Positions 54,958 through 64,000 of a stretch of DNA of 64,000 nt are shown one piece after another. This DNA is from Octopus vulgaris. Its lineage: Eukaryota. A program made the position numbers and the translations under genes. Under the pieces are notes generated by a model. The model was not told where the DNA came from and did no database searches. It was given only the letters and a program-made list of their open reading frames with translations. The DNA is taken from assembly GCA_951406725.2 (NCBI GenBank), contig OX597814.1:125674001-125738000 (forward strand), given 5' to 3'. Numbering within the stretch: the stretch's first letter is position 1; every line of letters begins with the position of its first letter.

Positions 54958-55204
54958 AATATTCTATCAATGTCAAAGGAAGCTTTAGACGAGACAAGTC
55001 AAGGCGTCTTCCTTTGATAGGAACAAATAATAAGGAATTGTGAGCTCGGCCTTCAAAGTTGAGGACTAGATAAGAAAGCATGCCGAACTGGTGCGCATGG
55101 GCAGGTGTCACAATGCATGAGACGACATAAAATGAAATTCACATTAAGGGACGTTGATGATATCGTTGAACCTTCCTGTAGGAAAGCATGGAGCAAGGAG
55201 GAGT

Positions 55205-56230
55205 GACCGGAGAGTCGATGTTCTAAGGAAGAAGGACTGATATAGTATTTGTGTGGTTATTTTCTATCATTCCCAATGTAGCTATTATTATGGAGATTAT
55301 ATATGTTGTCAACCCACACACCAGATCTTGATAATTCTTCCAGTTCTTTCAGTGATGCCCTACATATTGAGACATACTCCGATAAGAAGTATTTCTTGAA
55401 TGTATTTGACAACAACATCCAATGGAGATGCTTTGAGCTCCTCGATTGTGTGTATTGGCAAATGCTAGCATTTGGTCACCTTTTCATTCTCTGAGACCCT
55501 TTTTGGTGAATGACTAGCTACCACTTTTTTCTGCTGGCCTTTCGTAATGCTGAAATATCTTCTAATACAAGTTTCAAATCTGTCATGCCTCTTGGCAGAA
55601 ACGTTAGCACGCCGGGCGAAATGCTTAGCGGTATTTCGTCTGTCTTTACGTTCTGAGTTCAAATTCCGCCGATGTCGACTTTACCTTTCAATCTTTCGGG
55701 GTCGATAAATTAAGTACCGGTTACATACTAGGGTTGATCTAATCGACTGGCTTCCTTCTAAAACTTTTCGGGCCTTGTGCCTGTAGTAGAAAAGAATTGT
55801 ATTCCACCTTGCCTCAGACTGGGTGGTCCGAAGCAACGTGGTTAGCTGTTTCTTCTCAACCTCCAAATAATCTGCAGTTGCTATATTTTGTTTTATTACA
55901 TGCTTTTGATGGTTTCTTGTAAAAGGGAGAGAAGGCTTTGATATTGTACCACGATCAAAAACCCTTCATTCTCAGCTTTGAGTCCTGCACTTCCCAGTAC
56001 AAATTTTCCTTCTCTTCACCCTGACCATAGTAGGAAATTTTCTTGTCATTAATTTATCATGGGAATCTGTAGCCACATTTTTAGCTTATATTTTAGTCTT
56101 TCCACAATTTCCGTTGATGTTTCTCGTTTTTCTTCATATCTGTCATTTCAACCACTATTTTCTATTTGTCGGTTTCCTTAAAGACACATTTTTGTTTTAA
56201 TTTGTTTTGTTCGTGTTTCCTAGATATTTC
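55205..56230 (-). mobile_element. R4/Dong-type LINE 3' fragment (zinc knuckle + restriction-like endonuclease), interrupted by a SINE A at 55592-55797
   Basis: CRLFGG*EETANHVAS..EY|KRHDR; ..IIIATLGMI..FLRTSTLR. Confidence 0.6.
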
Positions 56231-56345
56231 TATTGGATTACCATTATTCTGTAGTAAGTAGTTTTGTAATCATGCGACAGCCTAAAAAGTATATTATTGT
56301 TATTTTCATTATTATCATTATTATCATCATCATCATCAACATCAC

Positions 56346-56382
<37 letters not shown>

Positions 56383-56586
56383 TGGTGTCCGATTTATTTA
56401 GACATGTTTTTTTACGAATTGCTCTTCAAAGCTCTGGATTTCACCAAGTTTCAATCGAATGAATTATGAATTTATTTTCATTTATGCAGGCTGGAAGCAT
56501 CTTACAAATCTGGTTACACAGGATTAAGACAAAAAGTGTTTGTTTTTAGACAAATATTATTTTCTTCTTATTTTGTCTATATACAG

Positions 56587-56633
56587 ATACAATATCGTGT
56601 CACAGAACATCCAACAAAGCAAACAAGCTGAAG
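56587..56633 (+). other. Candidate 47-nt internal exon of a host gene
   Basis: Polypyrimidine tract plus TACAG| acceptor and consensus AAG|GTGAGT donor; two of three frames open. Confidence 0.45.
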
Positions 56634-57899
56634 GTGAGTGTAACTCAACGGAATTTAAGTAACATACGAAATAACAACAGCGATCTCTTTTGTAGCAAAA
56701 TGCAATATTAAGAAAAGATTGCTCGTATCACTAGAGAGAGTGATTTTGGGGTATATGTTTGGCAAAAACATCAATAACTCTAATGATGACGACAACAACA
56801 ACAATATAAGCATTTCCACCACCACACACGCATGCATATGCACAAAGAAATTTTGCAAATCGAATACGGTATTGTATTTAAGTGGAGGACTTACCTCGTT
56901 CTTCAGCAACGTGATTTACAACAGACGAACTTTAGATAAGAAGTATTTGGCTGAAAGAGAAACAGTGTGGCTGCACTGCGTAACGATAAAAACTAATGCA
57001 TTCACTCGAAACAATTACGCAAGCTCAAGAAAGAAAGAATGTGACCTGTTTGTGCTTTGTCAAAGTTTTGCCTCTCAAACAATGGTAGGTGGTGGTTCTA
57101 GTAAATACACGGAGTGGCTGCTATATTGGCGAGGAAATTCATATGGAACTATATGCATTGGTTCTAAAAATGAGAATGAAGCAATGAGACAAGAGTTATA
57201 GCGTCACACCTCTGCATATTAGCGAATCTTCCAATGTATAATAAAGAAAAGTGGTGACGGAAACTTACGTGGCTCTCAATGAAAGACATCATAGACATCT
57301 TTGGCCTTTGCATCGTTGTAACTTTCTTGGAACAACATAAGCTGATAGTCAACATTGTCTTAACTTATGGCAATATGTGATCGAGTGAGATCTCTCGGTG
57401 GACATACAAGTCCTGGTGTCCTCTGAAGATGTTAAGATAATTCCAGAGCTGTGTCCAGTGCTGAATGCCAAGAGAAAGATTTCAGACTGCTTGTGTAAGG
57501 CAGAAATCTCAATAGCTAGACGTGTGGCAGTAATGATAATTTAAGAAAAGCTTGAGAAAATGAAAAGATAAAAACCTCAGGCAGCAATGGCAGCAACAGG
57601 CCACAAGGCCTACTGTTCTCAGAGCACCAGAGATTGCAGCTTTAGACATATTGGAAGTTAGAACATCGTCCTTGATTCCGTAAGCTGAATGGTAGCCAAG
57701 TGATCCACCAATAACAAACAGCGTCATCCCATCGAAATACGAAAATGAAAGGAAGGAGAAATTAGCTGATAAGGAAAACTACTGAAGATAGCGGGAAATG
57801 GTATTAAATGGTATTAAATCAGGAAAAGAATACAATCCAATGGAAGGCATGCAAAAAGTGTGAGGAGTCCACCTCTCAAACACCTCACATTGTGCAACA

Positions 57900-58325
57900 A
57901 GCTGGATATCAGAATGCAATTTAGCCTCGATAAATGTGCAAAAGCTACCTTTATCAAAGGAAAAATGACAGGAACATCTAACGTTAACCATGACCAGCAG
58001 AATGTCATAAAAGAGTTAGACCCAGCGGAGAGCTACAAGTACCTAGGGATAATTGAAGGGGACGGAATAAGGCATTCAGTAATGAAAGAAAGGATCAGGA
58101 GAGAATGTTATCGCAGAGTAAGAGCAATACTCAAGACAGAGCTGAATGCGAGAAACAGGATCAAAGCGATCAATACTTTAGCCATACCGGTCGTGATTTA
58201 CAGTTTCAATATCATTAACTGGTCAATTATTGGAATATGTAATCTTGACAGTAAAAATACGAAAATTGTTGCAGATATAGAACGAATTTACCTGCCAAGA
58301 AAAGAGGGTGGCCGTGGACTTCCCT
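57900..58325 (+). mobile_element. R4/Dong-type LINE RT C-terminal/thumb fragment
   Basis: DIRMQFSLDKCA..SYKYLGI..ILKTELNARNRIKAINTLAIPV..RIYLPRKEGGRGL. Confidence 0.88.
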
Positions 58326-58585
58326 TCTTTAATGCATATCGAGTATACTTTTCCTTTTTTATCGTTTCATTATATGTAAACCCCAACACTTTACGTCTAT
58401 CTTCGTATTGTTATCTTTCACCCTAGCGGCAAATAAAAGAAATTATTAATATTTGTTTTTAACCTTTGTATGCTATGCATATCTCCCTTCTTTTTCAGTG
58501 TATACCGTGTATACTTACTTTTATTTTTTTTATCATTTCATTATTATATGTAAACCTGCACACTTTATGTATGTCTCTGTATTGC

Positions 58586-58636
58586 ACCCCTCTGTACTGT
58601 CCCCCCTCTGTACTGTCCCCTCTGTACTGTACCCCT
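58586..58636. repeat. Short minisatellite (cccctctgtactgt, 15-16-bp units) x3
   Basis: Direct reading. Confidence 0.85.
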
Positions 58637-58653
58637 TGTGGCAAATAACTGAA

Positions 58654-58707
<54 letters not shown>

Positions 58708-58824
58708 GTTGTTGTTGTTGTTGTTATCATCATCATCATCATCATCGTTTTCAACATTATTTCATTATATATCATGCACTGTTCGAGAGATACATCACCA
58801 GTTTCTTTTTCTTACACAAAAGCA

Positions 58825-58899
<75 letters not shown>

Positions 58900-58900
<1 letters not shown>

Positions 58901-59290
58901 ATCCTAGAAAACATGCATAACATTCTTCAAGACAAAAAATGCTGCGCGAGAATACCTTAGTATTTACAGACCCTAGCATTGCTATTTTGAGGATCTTTCC
59001 GATTTCTGTTTTGTTGGTATCCCGTTGATGTCGTAACTGGACTGATTGTCTCCCTTCCCAGTTGTATCAATTGCCTTCATTAAAAGCCATATTGTTTTAC
59101 ATTCAATAGCTAAGACAGTGTAATTCTTCGGCCTTTTTAGCTCACTTCTGCACATTATAATCATTTAGTATTGCAATGTCGATTATTAATACACTATTGT
59201 CATTTTGTCATGGAAGATGATGTCAAGTTTATTATGTGCTATCTAACTGGAAACGTAACTCTAATATTCCATACTATCTTTGAAATAATA
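58900..59290 (-). mobile_element. R4/Dong restriction-like endonuclease relic
   Basis: KIVWNI.., LIIDIAI, ..NYTVLAIECKTIW. Confidence 0.55.
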
Positions 59291-59454
59291 ATAATGATTT
59301 CTAATATTGGCACAATGCTACAGATTTTGTAGGTTGAAACAGTCGATACATATTTTATGGACCTCTGAGAGAGAAGAAAAGCAAATTCGATATGGCGAAA
59401 TTGAAGCTCTAAGCGCAAAGTAACATAATTAAATACCGAGAAAGCATTCCATAA

Positions 59455-59519
59455 TAATAACAACTACTGCTGCTGCTGCTGTTTCTGCTGCTGCTTCTAC
59501 TACTACTACTACTACTACA

Positions 59520-59595
<76 letters not shown>

Positions 59596-59675
59596 CTACT
59601 ACTACTGCTACTACTACTACTACTACTACTAATAATAATAATGCTACTACTACTACTGCATTAATAATAATAGTA
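59455..59675. repeat. Compound (CTA/CTG/TAA)n microsatellite
   Basis: Direct reading. Confidence 0.95.
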
Positions 59676-59759
59676 ATGAGAAGGAAGCGGCAGAGGAAGC
59701 AGAGACCTTTTATTTTCCACTGGGACGTCGGACAAAGTCAATATTACAAAGACAGATTA

Positions 59760-60660
59760 CAATGTATGTTAATATATATAAAATCGAATGAGATAAAAAG
59801 CTAAGGTGAAATGAGATGAAAAGTATACATAATATACAAAATAAACGAATACAAGGATGGTACAGTCCTCCTGATGCAAGTGAGTCTCCAATAAAGGTCA
59901 ACCAATGAGCCATTGTAAATCCATGAGCAATCTGACCAACGGCCAATCGAAAGGCACATGCTCAGAGTAGTGCCATTCACTCTAATCTTTTTCTCCACAA
60001 CCACCCACTTGTAGATTGGAGAACAACAGCTGAGAAAAAGAAAGAAAGAAAGAAAGAAAGAAAGAGCGCGTTTACTCCACATTCACCTTCCTTTTCGAGT
60101 GAAACAAGAAGCAGCCGATGACAGCTTGACAAAATTTGAATGTATTTGCCCTTAACCCTTTCATTCATGCCCTCTGCACAAGCTCTTTCGTCATAGCCAC
60201 CAGAGGAAAGCTGCCTGGCCAAGTCTATTAAAGGCGGAAGAGGGGGCGATCTTCACAGTATAGTCACCTGAGACCCGTTCTAATTGTACAGCAGCTGTTC
60301 AACAAAACTACACAAGTGAGCAATGTCTGAATACTGCACGAGAGCGTGCAGAAAGACTTCATCGATCTGCAGATATTTTGGACAAATCCTCCTGATGGTA
60401 CTTCAGTACTTGTGAGTTTGTATCGAACTGTTAGTGCCTCTTAGTAGAACTGCCAAGCTAAGAATTTCTGAAAATTATCCATAATAGACACCCGTCTGGA
60501 AGTCCTCCCGATTGGATCAACCGGTTTGTCCTTGGCGACGCCTATACTTGTCCTAAGTACCATCACCTTTACTAAATACTAGGCTGGCAGCAGTGGATCG
60601 TCAGACTCAGGTGTTTCGATCTCATTTGGCCACCTCAGTGACGAAAACACCCGAACATTT
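59760..60660 (-). mobile_element. Tx1/L1-clade LINE 3' fragment
   Basis: EALTVRYKL..ICPKYLQIDEVFLHALVQ (zf-RVT-like), ..KWVVVEKKIRVNGTTL, then a T-rich 3' UTR. Confidence 0.6.
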
Positions 60661-60899
60661 TGAGAAAAGACGGAACTTACATTCCAATATAGAAATAAAC
60701 AAGCTAAACATGATAATATGTTCCGTTTGCTTTTACTAATTAATGCAGAAGCTGGCCTCGTTAAAATTTACTCAATATAAAATATAGTGATAAAAACAAA
60801 TAGTAACAGCAGAAGCAGACAATGGAACTAGTACAATGAGACGGTTGAACATCTCTGGTAATTCAATCCTTTCTCAGTCCCTCTATACAGAGAATACAT

Positions 60900-61330
60900 G
60901 ATCGTGATGGCGGCTATGTTCACAGGCCAATATGTTGACACTTCAACTTGAAACCACATAAGAAGTGGGATAAAGATTTACCAAACACGATATATGCAAA
61001 TGTACACAATCATTTGGGACATGCCTCTTCAAACCGTCCTGATACAATAAACGACTGAAGTGAAAATACCTGCGCGTACACATCTCGATCACTTCTAATG
61101 AAAACTGCGCGAAATGAAGTGGAGAAATTATCCAAATACAACGATATCGAAATGGAAATAAATGGGATGTGGAACATGAAAGTAAAAACAATAGCAGTAA
61201 TAATTGGAGCATTAGGTATGATAAAAGATATTATGAACAAAACCATACGAGATATCCCAGAGCTCACAAGTTTACACACAGGCAAAAGAATAGTTCCACT
61301 AAGGACAGCCCATATCATGCAATAAACTTT
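60900..61330 (+). mobile_element. R4/Dong restriction-like endonuclease 3' fragment
   Basis: EKLSKYNDIEMEINGMWNMKVKTIAVIIGALGMI..LRTAHIM. Confidence 0.8.
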
Positions 61331-61911
61331 CAATTCAGCTGCACAAGTCAAACAATACGCTCGCTGTGCAAACTCTATACAAATACCAACCAATAAAATA
61401 CTTCAACTTACGTAATTAATACTCTGTATAACACTGCACACATTCGTATATAACCGATACCCGATATCATACTACCAACAGATCACAGAACTTATATAAT
61501 ACAAACTGCAATCCATAAATATTACACAAATGACATACAACATGCTATTCAAAAACTTAACTCACACAGCACATACAAGATACAGATACTACTCAACAAA
61601 ATAACACAGCTCACATTGCAAATACATTATACAACAGACGAAACACTAACATAACACTAGCAATGACAAACAAAAAGTTCACAATAATGTAAAGCCGAGA
61701 GTAAACAAACGTATCCATAAGAAACAATGCTTCATATAGAGGAACATCTAATGCTGCATGAGAAATCACACGGAATAGTTTTTAAAAGATTCTTTCTAAA
61801 TTTGGTACAAGGCCGGCAATTTTAAGACAAGGTTATAAATCAATTGCACCGACCCCAGGACTTGGTTGGTACTTCATTTTACTGAACCTGAAAGGATGAC
61901 AAGTAAAGTAA

Positions 61912-63745
61912 AAAACCGAAATCGAAATAAAAAAATATACTCTGCAACGTAGTACGCGAACTACCTATCACTTTAGCAGTAATAAAAATTAAAGCAGAGA
62001 AGGATGCGTTCATAATAACAGTGAAAAAATAGTGAAGTTTGAAATAAATACAAAACTCATTTAACCGAGCGTAACACAGTTTCGAAATGATATTTATATG
62101 TGAAAGGTGACGAGCTGACAGAATCGTTAGAACGCCGGGCGAAATGCTTAGCGGTATTTCGTTGTGCCGCTACGTTCTGAGTTCAAATTCCGCTGAGGTC
62201 GACTTTGCATTTCATCCTTTCGGAGTCGATTGAATAAGTACCAGTTACGCACTGGGGTCGATATAATCGACTTAATCCGTTTGTCTACCCTTGTTTGTCC
62301 TCTCTGTGTTTAGTCCCTTGTGGGTAGTAAAGAAATAGGTATTCTATATGTGATGACGTACTTATGTACGCTCAGAGGGTTGTAATACCTGTTTCTTTGC
62401 AAAATCGTATGTTAAAAGAATTCCACATGGGTCACTCAGGAATGGCGAGAATGAAAGCATTGATGAGAAGCTATGTTTATTCATTTAATATGGATCAGGG
62501 TATTGAAAAATTTGTGAAAGCCAGCAGGGGTTGTGCCTTGGCAGCAAAGGCACCGCCTTGGCCAAACACTGACGTACTTTGGTCAAGATTACATATAGAC
62601 TTCGCTGGAGCGTTGAATGGGGGTATTATTTAATAGTCGTGGATAGTTGTACAAAATGGCCGGAAATATGTAAATGTAGGAAGCCAACCTCCAAAGTAAC
62701 GATGGAATTTCTAGACGAACTTCTTGCGCGATATGGCGTCCCAGACACTATAGTGTCCGATAATGGAACACCGTTTACGTCAAAGGAATTTTAAAACTTT
62801 TGCAAAATGCATGTAAATGAGCATATTACTATTCCGCCATACCATCCAAGATCGAATGGACTAGTGGAATGTTTCGTAGACACGTTTAAGAGGACACTGA
62901 AAAAGTCTGGAAATGAACTACTAGCTGATAGTGCGTTGACGCATTTCTTAAGTGTCTACCGAACACCACATCAGGTATGTCACCGGCTGAAATTCAGGTC
63001 AGTGTTTGGCAAATTACTTCCGGGAAGAAAAGAAAAAAATAGAGAGAAACACCGAAAATAAGGGGAAATACTTCAAAATCGGTGACAAAGTGTTTTTTTT
63101 AATATACAGAAACGGAAAGGAAAGTTGGGAAAAAGATATAAGTAAACGTTTAGGAAAAATAACGTACATTGAAAAAGATCATGCATGGGAACACAAGAAA
63201 CACCTAAATCAACTGAGAAAAAGGTTTACGGAAGAAAGAATAAGACATGAAGAGCCTCTAGAATTTCTTTATGACATTTTTGACGTTCTGATACCACAAG
63301 GAATAATTGAGCCAACGAGTACAGCGACTAGGAAAAAAAAGCAAACAGAACTTTTGCAAGTAGACTCAAAACGAAAACAATATTCCAATTTCTTCCCGGG
63401 GAATTGAAAAAAAAGTAGTTGGGGAGGTGGTAATAAAGAAAACATTAAAAAAATATTGACTTCCAACGAAAGTCAAACGCAAAAGGGGGAGATGTTGTGG
63501 TGAAATCCTGACACCCTTGTGGGATAGCAAGTCAACTGTCCTAAACTGTATAAAGGCGCATGCGCACTGTCAGTGAAGGACAGTGTGGTGTGTGTAGTCA
63601 CTTTGTGAAGACAGTCGTAGAAGTCGTTCAGAAGAGATATTGTTGGTTACGTGTTGTTTCTGATTGATATTTGTATTCTTATAACCATGTTATAGGTCCA
63701 CGTTATAATGCGGCATGTACAGTGAGTTCAAAGAAGGCCATAACA
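61912..63745 (+). mobile_element. Gypsy (Mag/K02A2.6-like) LTR retrotransposon 3' portion: integrase, polypurine tract (PPT), 3' LTR
   Basis: HMGHSG..C zinc finger, RLHIDFAG, IVVDSCTKWPE, VSDNGTPFTS, PYHPRSNGLVE; PPT aaaagggggaga 63481-63492; LTR TGTTGTGG..CCATAACA 63493-63745 with TATAAA at ~63549. Confidence 0.9.
62104..62344 (+). mobile_element. SINE family A inserted in Gypsy pol
   Basis: Consensus match; TSD tatatgtga at 62095-62103 and 62345-62353. Confidence 0.9.
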
Positions 63746-63799
63746 GTGTCGACGAGACACAGCAACATATAATGAAATGATTAAACGATAAAAAAGAGA

Positions 63800-63977
63800 A
63801 AAGGTTAGCAATTTTAAGGTAAGTCAATGACGTCAATCCCGGTAATTGGCTATTACTTTATTTTGTCGACCCCGAAATGATGAAAAGCGGAATTTGAATT
63901 CAGGGCCTTCAAAAGGCAGGAAGGATGCTGCTAAGTATTTTTGTTCGACTCGCTAAGAATTCTGCCCGCTCACCGTT
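63800..63977 (-). mobile_element. SINE family A, degenerate
   Basis: tcgaccccgaaatgatgaaa..ggaatttgaattcag..attctgcccgctcacc. Confidence 0.6.
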
Positions 63978-64000
63978 TGCTAAATAAAGGACAAAGCCAA

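Noticed and set aside
56719-57727. 160-aa ORF and adjacent sequence as a host gene
   Set aside because: No recognisable domain; faint CR1/L2 RT-like traces (LNAKRK, ALDILEV) suggest an old LINE but are too weak to call

Overview
AT-rich eukaryotic DNA saturated with microsatellites and transposon debris. The SINE families and the dense (TA)n/(TAGA)n/(CATA)n tracts look like a cephalopod (Octopus-like) genome, which is an inference. No intact protein-coding gene is supported: nearly all listed ORFs are microsatellite read-throughs or pieces of decayed transposases, reverse transcriptases (RTs) and integrases. Recognisable elements include Penelope-like elements (PLEs), a full-length hAT (Charlie/Buster-type) with nested insertions, and a full-length Chapaev3-type DNA transposon. 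There are also Tigger and Tc1/mariner relics, a non-autonomous Helitron, R4/Dong, Tx1/L1 and RTE LINE fragments, a Gypsy integrase with its 3' LTR, and three tRNA-derived SINE families. The most interesting signal is RNA-structural: several sequence-distinct minimal type I hammerhead ribozymes with palindromic stem III. One has a compensatory U3-A8 core and caps a long rod inside a 351-bp, partially tandem, non-coding retrozyme-like unit. Two isolated splice-site signals suggest the window may be largely intronic to a + strand host gene.
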